Source: an uncultured Erysipelotrichaceae bacterium (GTDB taxonomy: Bacteria > Bacillota_I > Bacilli_A > RF39 > UBA660). Taken from it: DNA of 64,000 nucleotides. The number at the start of each line of letters is the position of its first letter. Within the stretch, counting starts at the first letter, position 1. The notes below the pieces were generated by a model. It searched no databases. It was not told the origin of the DNA and saw nothing but the letters and a program-made list of their open reading frames with translations. The stretch covers positions 6,343 to 70,342 of the forward strand of contig CACXGO010000002.1 of the NCBI GenBank assembly GCA_902767245.1. Direction: 5' to 3'. The translations under genes were made by a program, and so were the position numbers. Shown here one piece after another: positions 40,565 through 48,742 of the stretch.

Positions 40565-42976
40565 ATGTATGATTTTCACAAAGTAGAAGAAAAATGGCAG
40601 AAAAAATGGTATGAGGAAAAAAGCTTTAAAGCAATTGATTTTCATCCAACTAAACCAAAATATTATGTTTTGTATGAGTTTTATAACATAAGTGGAAATC
40701 TGCATATGGGTCATATGAAAGGTACTATCCCTGCTGATGCATTATCACGAATGAAAAGACTTCAAGGGTATAATGTTTTATTTCCAATTGGTGGAGATGC
40801 TTTTGGTTTGCCAGCTGAAAATGCAGCTATGAAAACAGGAATTAATCCAGAAGACTTTGTTAGTAACGGGATGAACAAAGTTATGGAGCAATCAAGAAAA
40901 CTTGGACTTTCATTTGACTGGGATCGTACCATTTGTACAAGTGATCCGTCTTATTATAAATGGACACAATGGATTTTTAAAAAATTTTTTGAAAATGGCA
41001 AAGCTTATAAACAAAAAGGAGTTGTAAACTTCTGCCCAAACTGTAAAACTGTCCTTTCAAATGAAGACAGCCAAGGTGGTGAATGTGATCGTTGTCATGG
41101 CAAAGTTATTCAAGAAGAAAGATGGGTTTGGTTCCTTAAAATGAAGGAATACTCGGAAAAGTTGCTTGAAAATGTTGATCGCATTACCATGAATGAAAAC
41201 TTAAAAGAGCTTCAAAGAAATTGGATTGGTAGAAGTGAAGGTATGGAGGTATGTTTTGATATTGTTTCAGAAAGTGGAAAAATAATTGCTGATTCAAAAA
41301 TATTTACAACATGCATTGAAACAATATATGGAATTACATTCTTTGTAATGGCTCCAGAGCATAAGTTAATTGATGATTTAAAGAGTTATATAACAAATTA
41401 TGATGAAGTAAAAGAGTATCAAAAACAAACAGCATATAGAACAGAACTTGATCGAATCAGTGATCAAAAAGATAAAACAGGTTGCAAATTAGAAGGTATT
41501 TCTGCTATTAATCCAATTAATGGAGCAAAAGTACCAATATACATTTCAGATTTTGTTTTAGCTAATTATGGAACTGGAATTGTAATGGCCGTTCCAACTC
41601 ACGATCAAAGAGACTATGAATTTGCTAAAAAATACAATATTCCAATGATTCAAGTAATCGAAGGAGATGTTAGTGAAAAAGCTTATGAAAAATATGACTA
41701 TTTAAAAGAAAATAGCAAAATGATGAATTCAGAAGAATTTACGGGTCTTCCTGTTAAAGAAGCAAAAGAAAAGATTATTGAAAAAGTCATTAAATTAGGT
41801 TTTGGTAAAAAGCAAGTTAATTATAAAATGCAAGATTGGTCATTTAACCGTCAAAGATATTGGGGCGAACCATTCCCTGTTGTGTTCTGTGACAAGTGTG
41901 GTATAGTTGCTATTCCAGACGAAGAGTTACCTTTAACTTTACCAAGAACAAATGATTATATGCCAAATGAAAATGGTAGTTCACCACTTTCAAAAATTGA
42001 TGATTGGGTTAATTGTAAATGTCCAAAATGTGGTGGCGCTGCTAAAAGAGAAACTGACACAATGCCTAACTGGGCTGGATCTTCATGGTATTGGTTAAGA
42101 TATTGTGATCCACATAATGATAAGGCATTAGCTGATTTTGAAAAATTAAAATATTGGGGTAGCGTTGATGTCTATACTGGTGGAACGGAGCATATAACTA
42201 GACATGTACTTTACGCTTTCTTCTGGCAGAATTTCTTATATGAAATAGGTGCTGTACCAACTAGAGATCCATTTATACGTAAAATGGGAAGTGGCCTTAT
42301 TTTAGATGATACTGGTAAAAAAATGAGCAAAAGTTCAGCAAATGGTGTTTCACCGATGGAAGTAATTGAAAAATATGGTACCGATGTTGCTAGACTTCAT
42401 GTTCATTTCTTGGGTGGTTATGAAGACAATACCCCTTGGACATATGATGGTATAAGTGGTATTACTAATTTTATTAATCGTGTATGGGATTTACAAAATA
42501 TAATTAAAGGCGAAGAAGTATCAAAAGAACATATTTATGAAATCAATCAATTAATAAAAAAAGTTACAGATGATATTGAAAACTTAAAATTAAATACAGC
42601 AATAGCTTCTTACATGACATTTTTAAATGTTATTAAAAAAGATGGATTTATAACTAAAGAGGAATTAAAAACTTTCTTGATTTTGCTTAATCCATTGGCA
42701 CCACATATTACAAGTGAACTTTATGAAATTGTATTTGGTGGCAACATAATTGATGATAAATGGCCAGAATACAATGAAAAGTATTTAAATAAAGATGAAA
42801 TTAATTTACCAATTCAAATAAATGGCAAAATGAAAAAAACAATTTTAGTAAGCAAAGAAATTGAAGAAAATGATGTAATGAAAAAAATAAAAGAAGATTA
42901 TCCTGATTTAATTAAAGGCGAAATTGTTAAAATCATTTATGTAAAAGGAAGAATTATTAATATAATTTGCAAATAA
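40565..42976 (+). CDS. leuS: leucine--tRNA ligase
   Basis: Large class I aaRS ORF of 803 aa with a HIGH-like NLHMGH motif, the KMSKS motif, a CP1 editing region and Zn-binding CPNC..CDRC. Confidence 0.95.
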   Translation: MYDFHKVEEKWQKKWYEEKSFKAIDFHPTKPKYYVLYEFYNISGNLHMGHMKGTIPADALSRMKRLQGYNVLFPIGGDAFGLPAENAAMKTGINPEDFVSNGMNKVMEQSRKLGLSFDWDRTICTSDPSYYKWTQWIFKKFFENGKAYKQKGVVNFCPNCKTVLSNEDSQGGECDRCHGKVIQEERWVWFLKMKEYSEKLLENVDRITMNENLKELQRNWIGRSEGMEVCFDIVSESGKIIADSKIFTTCIETIYGITFFVMAPEHKLIDDLKSYITNYDEVKEYQKQTAYRTELDRISDQKDKTGCKLEGISAINPINGAKVPIYISDFVLANYGTGIVMAVPTHDQRDYEFAKKYNIPMIQVIEGDVSEKAYEKYDYLKENSKMMNSEEFTGLPVKEAKEKIIEKVIKLGFGKKQVNYKMQDWSFNRQRYWGEPFPVVFCDKCGIVAIPDEELPLTLPRTNDYMPNENGSSPLSKIDDWVNCKCPKCGGAAKRETDTMPNWAGSSWYWLRYCDPHNDKALADFEKLKYWGSVDVYTGGTEHITRHVLYAFFWQNFLYEIGAVPTRDPFIRKMGSGLILDDTGKKMSKSSANGVSPMEVIEKYGTDVARLHVHFLGGYEDNTPWTYDGISGITNFINRVWDLQNIIKGEEVSKEHIYEINQLIKKVTDDIENLKLNTAIASYMTFLNVIKKDGFITKEELKTFLILLNPLAPHITSELYEIVFGGNIIDDKWPEYNEKYLNKDEINLPIQINGKMKKTILVSKEIEENDVMKKIKEDYPDLIKGEIVKIIYVKGRIINIICK

Positions 42977-43003
42977 AAGTATTTAGTAAAAGTTTTTTGA
43001 TAT
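42977..43003 (+). repeat. upstream copy of a duplicated leuS-terminator/promoter fragment (3' stem arm missing)
   Basis: AAGTATTTAGTAAAA (42977-42991) and TTTTTTGATAT (42993-43003) recur at 43925-43939 and 43949-43959. This copy lacks ACTAAATAC, so no hairpin can form. Confidence 0.8.
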
Positions 43004-43013
43004 CATGAAAATA

Positions 43014-43022
43014 TGATATAAT
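43014..43022 (+). promoter_or_regulatory. extended -10 promoter element TGATATAAT for ORF 43065
   Basis: TGnTATAAT match 42 nt upstream of the ATG. The same 9-mer precedes ORF 52263. Confidence 0.5.
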
Positions 43023-43064
43023 TATATTATCTACAGAAATAGTAGATTTTCAGGAGATTTTTTA

Positions 43065-43925
43065 ATGGAAAAATTGGATAATTGCATAAAAACATGGAAT
43101 TTAATTTTTACTGACACTTTAAAATCTGAAGATTTATGTACAAGAGACTTTAATTTGAGCAAATCAGAAGTTAATTACCAAAACTGTATTAGTTTATATA
43201 ATTTAGTTTATGCATTTAATAAATTGTATTTGGCTTTTAAAAAAGAATATAATGAATTAGAAAAAATAGAGATGGGAAGAAGTATTGAAATAGTGCAATT
43301 TAAGAAGTTTTCTGATGAAGATGGAAAAGAATATCGAACATTGATTATAGATATAGATGAGCCTACTATTATTAATCAACCAGATACTTTACTATATTTA
43401 AGAGATATTGATGGTCAGATGGAAACTTTTGTAACTAACAATTTAAATCCATTTGACAAGAATTACTATTTTAAATATGTAAGCCTTGATAATGAAAAAG
43501 TAAAGAAATATTTAGATTTGTTTGAAAAATATAAATTATTGTTAGAATTATATTATTATTTACGAATGCAACTTGTTTTTGGTGATGGATCAACTATATT
43601 ACAGACAAAGATAAATGATGGAAATAGTAATTTATTTGACAATTTAGAGAATTCTAACATAACAATGGCTAGCTTAGGATGGCTAAGCGCAAATGATGAA
43701 GCAAATATATCTATTCATTTAGGAGATAATTTTGATGTTGATTCAACTAATAGCAGTTTAATTTTAGATGGTGTTAATATGGATACAGATGCCAGCACTT
43801 ATACTAAAATTTTGCAAAGTGTTTATATAAATGGTCAATACTTAAGTGAATATAAAGATAGAAACAAAGATTCTAAGAATGATAATGTAAAGCCATTAAT
43901 GTTTAAATTGTTTGAAAAAATTTAA
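43065..43925 (+). CDS. hypothetical protein (orphan A), weakly similar to ORF 52263..52997
   Basis: 286-aa ORF with a CAGGAG SD. No recognised motif, signal peptide or TM helix. Confidence 0.55.
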   Translation: MEKLDNCIKTWNLIFTDTLKSEDLCTRDFNLSKSEVNYQNCISLYNLVYAFNKLYLAFKKEYNELEKIEMGRSIEIVQFKKFSDEDGKEYRTLIIDIDEPTIINQPDTLLYLRDIDGQMETFVTNNLNPFDKNYYFKYVSLDNEKVKKYLDLFEKYKLLLELYYYLRMQLVFGDGSTILQTKINDGNSNLFDNLENSNITMASLGWLSANDEANISIHLGDNFDVDSTNSSLILDGVNMDTDASTYTKILQSVYINGQYLSEYKDRNKDSKNDNVKPLMFKLFEKI

Positions 43926-43959
43926 AGTATTTAGTAAAAACTAAATACTTTTTTGATAT
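43925..43959 (+). terminator. rho-independent terminator (intact copy of the duplicated element)
   Basis: AGTATTTAGT-AAAA-ACTAAATACT, a 10-bp stem followed by T5. Confidence 0.8.
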
Positions 43960-43981
43960 TTTTTTTAAAATGTAGTATACT
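43953..43981 (+). promoter_or_regulatory. tRNA-Leu promoter
   Basis: TTGATA (43953-43958), 17-nt spacer, TATACT (43976-43981). The tRNA starts at 43993. Confidence 0.6.
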
Positions 43982-43992
43982 TTATGGTGTTT

Positions 43993-44078
43993 GCAAGAAT
44001 GGCGGAATGGTAGACGCGCTACTTTGAGGGGGTAGTGAGCATATGCTCGTGGGAGTTCAAGTCTCCTTTCTTGCACCA
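43993..44078 (+). tRNA. tRNA-Leu (anticodon GAG), class II with long variable arm
   Basis: Acceptor GCAAGAA/TTCTTGC, anticodon stem-loop CTACT-TTGAGGG-GGTAG, variable hairpin GAGCATATGCTC, encoded CCA. Confidence 0.85.
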
Positions 44079-44090
44079 ATGGTATTTTTT

Positions 44091-44115
44091 AGACAAACAT
44101 ATTTTGTCTTTTTTT
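44091..44115 (+). terminator. rho-independent terminator
   Basis: AGACAAA-CATAT-TTTGTCT followed by T6. Confidence 0.8.
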
Positions 44116-44151
44116 ATGCCTTAAATCATATAATGAGTTAGAGGTGAAAAG

Positions 44152-45009
44152 ATGAATCAAACATACACAGTAAAACAAGGTGATACTCTATATGGAATCA
44201 GTAATCAATTTGGTGTAAATGTTAATGAACTTGCAGAATTAAATAATATTCGCGGAAGTTTTTTAAAAATTGGACAGGTTTTAAAAATACCAAATACATC
44301 AGGTACTAATCCAAGCAATATGTTTATTTATACTGTCAAAAAAGGAGATAGTTTATATTCAATTGCTCAAAGATATAATACAACAGTAAAAGCTATTCAA
44401 GAATTGAACTATTTAAAATCAATAAATCTTAGCGTTGGACAACAACTAAGAATTCCAGAACAATATAATAATCAAGAAAATACTTTGCCAAATTTTATTA
44501 ATTATACAGTAAAAAAAGGAGATAGTTTATATTCAATTGCTAGAAATAGCAATGTGACTGTTGATACTTTAATCAAAGATAATAATTTGCAAAATACGGT
44601 TTTAAATATTGGTCAGAATATACGCATACGAGTTCCTGTATCAAGTTCTATTGAAATTGAAGAAGAGTGTTATGGACCAGATTACACTCCACCTGAAAGT
44701 CAAAATGTAACAACATATACAGTAAAGAAAGGAGATAACTTATATAGTATTGCTAGACAATTTAACACAAGTGAAACTGCAATTATGAATTTGAATAACT
44801 TAAAAACAAGTGCTTTAAGTATTGGTCAGATTTTAAAAATACCAGTTACTACAACTATAAATGGAGATCAAACAAAAACTTATATTGTGAAAAAAGGAGA
44901 TAGTTTATACTCGATTGCTAGAAAGTATAATACAACAGTTGATAGTTTAAAAAGAAAGAATAATTTGACTTCTAATTCACTTTCGATTGGTCAAAAATTA
45001 ATAATTTAA
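44152..45009 (+). CDS. protein with five LysM repeats and no signal peptide
   Basis: Five copies of the Y.VKKGD(S/T)LY.IA..(Y/F)N..V..L...N.L.S..L..GQ.L.IP module. Confidence 0.85.
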   Translation: MNQTYTVKQGDTLYGISNQFGVNVNELAELNNIRGSFLKIGQVLKIPNTSGTNPSNMFIYTVKKGDSLYSIAQRYNTTVKAIQELNYLKSINLSVGQQLRIPEQYNNQENTLPNFINYTVKKGDSLYSIARNSNVTVDTLIKDNNLQNTVLNIGQNIRIRVPVSSSIEIEEECYGPDYTPPESQNVTTYTVKKGDNLYSIARQFNTSETAIMNLNNLKTSALSIGQILKIPVTTTINGDQTKTYIVKKGDSLYSIARKYNTTVDSLKRKNNLTSNSLSIGQKLII

Positions 45010-45019
45010 GGAGGAATTC

Positions 45020-45424
45020 ATGAATAATGTTAGTATAAATGATCAAACATTAATTGATTCAAATGAATATAAAGAATTTATGAAAAATAATCCAAGTGTA
45101 GGTTATTTAAATATTCGAGTTAGAGCAGCTAGTGGGGCAATTCCAATTAGTAATTTGAAAGTTGCAGTTAGTACTGTTATAGGCAATAATAATGTTATTT
45201 TTTTTGAAGGCTATAGTGATGCTTCAGGAATAATTGAAACCATTAATTTACCAACACCAAAATTAAACCCTAATGATTTAACAGTCCCTCAAGGAACAGC
45301 TTATAATATTTTAGCAACTTATGTGCCAGATAACATTAGTGAAAATTTTGTGGTTGAAATGTATGAAGATATAAGTGTTGTGCAAAACATTAATATTGCA
45401 CCAGTAAATCCGGAGGAATACTAA
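45020..45424 (+). CDS. small beta-rich protein, carboxypeptidase-regulatory-like fold suspected
   Basis: LNIRVRAASGAIPISNLKVAV......GYSDASGIIETINLP fits the CarboxypepD_reg-type strand pattern. It lies between the LysM and PG-binding genes. Confidence 0.4.
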   Translation: MNNVSINDQTLIDSNEYKEFMKNNPSVGYLNIRVRAASGAIPISNLKVAVSTVIGNNNVIFFEGYSDASGIIETINLPTPKLNPNDLTVPQGTAYNILATYVPDNISENFVVEMYEDISVVQNINIAPVNPEEY

Positions 45425-45425
45425 A

Positions 45426-46766
45426 ATGGCGATTAGATATCCTGTTGTTCCTAGTACAATAACTGTTCATTTGGGAGCACCAGATGAAAATGCCAGAGAT
45501 GTAACAATTCCATTTACGGAATATATTTCAAATGTTGCCGCATCCGAACTCTACCCAACATGGCCAAGAAATGCTTTAATTGCAAATATTTATACAATTA
45601 TTTCTTTTGCGATGAATCGCATATATAACGAATGGTATCGCAGCAAAGGTTACAATTTTGATATTACTTCAGTTCCTGCATATGACCAAACATTTACTTT
45701 AAATCGTTCGACATATAGTAATATAGATAATATTGTTGAAGAAATATTTAATAATTATATTGTTAAAGATAATCAAATTCAACCATATTTTACAACTTAT
45801 TGTGATGGTCGTGTAACTACTTGTGATGGCCTTTCACAGTGGGGAAGTGTAAGTTTAGCTAATCAAGGGAAAACTCCTTTAGAAATTTTAAAATATTATT
45901 ATGGTAATGACATTTCAATTAAGTATGATGCGCCAGTAGGAGACTTATTAGGTGTCTTTCCTGGCAATGTTGCATTAGGAAATGCTGGAAATCCTGTGCT
46001 TGCAATTCAAAGGGATTTAAGAAGAATTAGAAAAAATTATCCAGCTATTCCTGATATAACAAATACCTTAGGTATATATGATGAAGAAACTGAAAATGCT
46101 GTGAAAAAATTCCAAGAAGTTTTTAATTTGCCAGTCACTGGTGTTGTTGATAAAGGTACTTGGTATAAGATAAAGTATGTATATACGAGTGTTAAAAAGC
46201 TTTCCGATTTGTATTCAGAAGGACTAAGTGAAGAAGAAGCAACATTTTTATATACTGATGAAGTAAATTATGGAGATACTGGAATTGAAGTTGAATACAT
46301 ACACTATTTTTTAGATGCTTTGGCATTTTTTGATCCTGATATTCCAAGACTTCCACTTGATTCAATTTATAATAATAATAGCATCACGATGGTAAAAGCT
46401 TTTCAAGAAAAATATAATCTTCCTGTAACTGGTATCTTTACTTATGCTGATTGGATTGTTTTAAGAGATGCATATGACAAAACTTTAGCTAGAGTTCCAA
46501 TTGAATATAAGGATTATGTAAGCGAACTTTATCCAGACTATTTTTTAACAAGAGGAATGACTGGAGATGATGTAAGAAGACTCCAAAAATTTCTACTTGC
46601 AATTTGTAAATATGATAAATCGATTCCAGGAGTAAAAGTTAATGGTATTTTTGATGATTTAACTGAAAAATCTGTCAAAAAGATTCAAGATGATTATGAT
46701 TTTGACATCAATGGTATTGTAGGGCCGCTTTTATGGCGTAAAATAGTAGAACTTTCTAAAAGATAA
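45426..46766 (+). CDS. peptidoglycan-binding protein, SleC-like putative spore cortex-lytic enzyme
   Basis: N-terminal SpoIID/LytB-like stretch (FTEYISNVAASELYPTWPRNALIANIYTIISFA) and three PG_binding_1-type repeats (..FQE.(F/Y)NLPVTG..D..TW..). Confidence 0.5.
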   Translation: MAIRYPVVPSTITVHLGAPDENARDVTIPFTEYISNVAASELYPTWPRNALIANIYTIISFAMNRIYNEWYRSKGYNFDITSVPAYDQTFTLNRSTYSNIDNIVEEIFNNYIVKDNQIQPYFTTYCDGRVTTCDGLSQWGSVSLANQGKTPLEILKYYYGNDISIKYDAPVGDLLGVFPGNVALGNAGNPVLAIQRDLRRIRKNYPAIPDITNTLGIYDEETENAVKKFQEVFNLPVTGVVDKGTWYKIKYVYTSVKKLSDLYSEGLSEEEATFLYTDEVNYGDTGIEVEYIHYFLDALAFFDPDIPRLPLDSIYNNNSITMVKAFQEKYNLPVTGIFTYADWIVLRDAYDKTLARVPIEYKDYVSELYPDYFLTRGMTGDDVRRLQKFLLAICKYDKSIPGVKVNGIFDDLTEKSVKKIQDDYDFDINGIVGPLLWRKIVELSKR

Positions 46767-46791
46767 AATCAATCAATGATTGATTTTTTTT
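46767..46791 (+). terminator. rho-independent terminator
   Basis: AATCAATC-AAT-GATTGATT followed by T6. Confidence 0.75.
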
Positions 46792-46832
46792 AATGTCTAT
46801 ATTATAATAAACACCACTGGAAAGGAGATCTT

Positions 46833-48632
46833 ATGGGAAAAGAAAAATCAAATAAAACTGAAGCTTATGAAAAAATAATTGAATCTCCAGAATTAAAAAG
46901 AGTATTAAGACATTATAAAGTTTTTAATATAGCCTCAAAAACAATTAAAGAAATGTTGATTGAAGCTATTAGATTAACTAAAGAAGAAAATAATAATTAT
47001 GTCCAAACCGTAATATCTTTACTTAATAATAAAATGAAAGAACATATCAAGAATTGTCTTATTGATGAATCATATTTGTTTGAAGTTTTAAATCGATTTA
47101 TTAGTAAGAGTTTTAAAGAAAACTGTTCATCTGATGAATCTAGTTTAAATTTAAAAAAATTCAGTAAATTTCTTGAAAGTATAAATGTAGAGTTAAATCC
47201 GGATTTAATTTTCAATTTGTTGAATAGTAATTCTATATTTAATGCTAATGTAAAATCAATAGTAGAAAAAAAGTTACCATTAATAAAAAAAGTGGGGATT
47301 GAAAAAGTTTTTATAGACTCAAGTATTGCTTTGATTTGTAGCAGTTATTGTATGCCTAAAAATATTGATATTTCGGTTGATGAGATATCTAATCAATCAG
47401 TACCAAATATTGAATCAGAAAATGCTTATTCGGATGACAATATAGGTTACTTAGATCCATTAAAACAATATTTAAATGAAATAATTAAAGTTCCCCTATT
47501 AACAAAAGAAGAAGAATATGAGTTATGCATGCGAATAAAAAATGGTGATGATATAGCTAATAAAAAATTAATAGAAGCTAATTTAAGACTAGTAGTGTCA
47601 ATTGCAAGAAAATATTTAAATAGAGGTATTGAATTTTTAGATTTAATTCAAGAAGGAAATGAAGGCTTGATGATAGCAACAAAAAGATTTGATGCTACTA
47701 AAGGCTTTAAATTTTCAACATATGCAACATGGTGGATTCGTCAATCAATTCTGAGAGCATTAGCTGAAAAAAGTCGTAACATCAGACTTCCTGTTTATTT
47801 GACTGAAAAAATTAACTTTATAAATCGTACAAAATCATATTTAACAAATAAGTTAAATCGCGAACCTACTTTAGGAGAAATAGCAGAGTATACTAAAATG
47901 ACTGAAAGTGAAATTAATGAAATTTTAATGGTTTCTCAAAACACAATAAGTTTAAATCAAACTATAAAAGTTAGTGCTGATAATGATTTTAGTGAGAATG
48001 AACTTGGGGATTTCATTCCTGACGAAAAACAAGAATTTGAAGATAAAGTGTTAAAAAAAGGTCAATATAATGAAATTATTGAAATTATTAAAAGTATTAA
48101 ATCTTTAAATGAACGTGAATTAGAAGTTCTTCTCTTAAGAATAGGTATTGTAGATGGTAAAAAGTGGACTCTTGAAAAATGTGGTCGTAAACTTGGTATC
48201 ACACGTGAAAGAGTAAGACAAATAGAATCACGAGCTCGTAGTAAGATAATAAACTCAAACAAAAGAGGTATACTTATTGAATATGCAGACAATCAATTGG
48301 AAATTATAAAGAAACTAAAAAGTTATAATCCAAATATAATGGCTCATGAAAGAATCTATGAATTTGTGAAGGCTGCTATAGGGAATGATTTATATGCTCG
48401 TATTTTTGGTTTAAGAATGGGCTATGTCGATGGGAATAGGCATTCAATTTATAGTATTTCTCAAATGATTGGAATGAGTTCATCACATATATATGAAATA
48501 TGTAGTAAAGTTTTAACTAGAATAAGTGATTGCACATTTAAGGATGAAATGATTAAACTAGATCCAAATTTAGAAATATTGTTTATAAAAATGAATTTAA
48601 TTGGAAACACAAAAGAATTAAAATTGTCTTAA
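46833..48632 (+). CDS. sigma-70 family (group 1/2-like) RNA polymerase sigma factor with N- and C-terminal extensions
   Basis: Region 1.2 to 4.2 is clear at aa 208-472: DPLKQYLNEI, LIEANLRLVVSIARKY, DLIQEGNEGLM, YATWWIRQSI, LGITRERVRQIESRA. It is flanked by 207 unassigned aa and a 127-aa tail. Confidence 0.8.
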   Translation: MGKEKSNKTEAYEKIIESPELKRVLRHYKVFNIASKTIKEMLIEAIRLTKEENNNYVQTVISLLNNKMKEHIKNCLIDESYLFEVLNRFISKSFKENCSSDESSLNLKKFSKFLESINVELNPDLIFNLLNSNSIFNANVKSIVEKKLPLIKKVGIEKVFIDSSIALICSSYCMPKNIDISVDEISNQSVPNIESENAYSDDNIGYLDPLKQYLNEIIKVPLLTKEEEYELCMRIKNGDDIANKKLIEANLRLVVSIARKYLNRGIEFLDLIQEGNEGLMIATKRFDATKGFKFSTYATWWIRQSILRALAEKSRNIRLPVYLTEKINFINRTKSYLTNKLNREPTLGEIAEYTKMTESEINEILMVSQNTISLNQTIKVSADNDFSENELGDFIPDEKQEFEDKVLKKGQYNEIIEIIKSIKSLNERELEVLLLRIGIVDGKKWTLEKCGRKLGITRERVRQIESRARSKIINSNKRGILIEYADNQLEIIKKLKSYNPNIMAHERIYEFVKAAIGNDLYARIFGLRMGYVDGNRHSIYSISQMIGMSSSHIYEICSKVLTRISDCTFKDEMIKLDPNLEILFIKMNLIGNTKELKLS

Positions 48633-48649
48633 TTTATTTAAAAATAAAG

Positions 48650-48678
48650 ATTGTGAACATCACAATTTTTATTTTTTT
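48650..48678 (+). terminator. rho-independent terminator
   Basis: ATTGTGA-ACA-TCACAAT followed by a T-rich run. Confidence 0.75.
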
Positions 48679-48697
48679 AAAAAACAAACAAATGTTC

Positions 48698-48726
48698 GTG
48701 ACAAATGAATTTTTGTATTGTATAAT
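48698..48726 (+). promoter_or_regulatory. promoter of the radical-SAM / DUF4130 / GroEL-like operon
   Basis: gTGACA (48698-48703), 17-nt spacer, TATAAT (48721-48726). Confidence 0.6.
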
Positions 48727-48742
48727 TAAGATGGTGATGGTT

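Noticed and set aside
44335-44945. Near-identical ~30-nt DNA segments (AAAAAAGGAGATAGTTTATATTCAATTGCT) recurring every ~180-370 nt, which at first glance looked like spaced repeats.
   Set aside because: They are in frame and encode the conserved start of successive LysM modules (VKKGDSLYSIA) within one ORF. This is intragenic domain repetition, not a CRISPR array or a mobile repeat.
48653-48742. The upstream GTG start given by the ORF track for the radical SAM gene (an extra 30 aa, MNITIFIFLKNKQMF..).
   Set aside because: That start lies inside the terminator hairpin of the sigma gene and upstream of the gTGACA-17-TATAAT promoter. ATG 48743 has a GGTGATGG SD, and the family-typical N-terminus (MNLKEKLEILADSAKYD) begins there.
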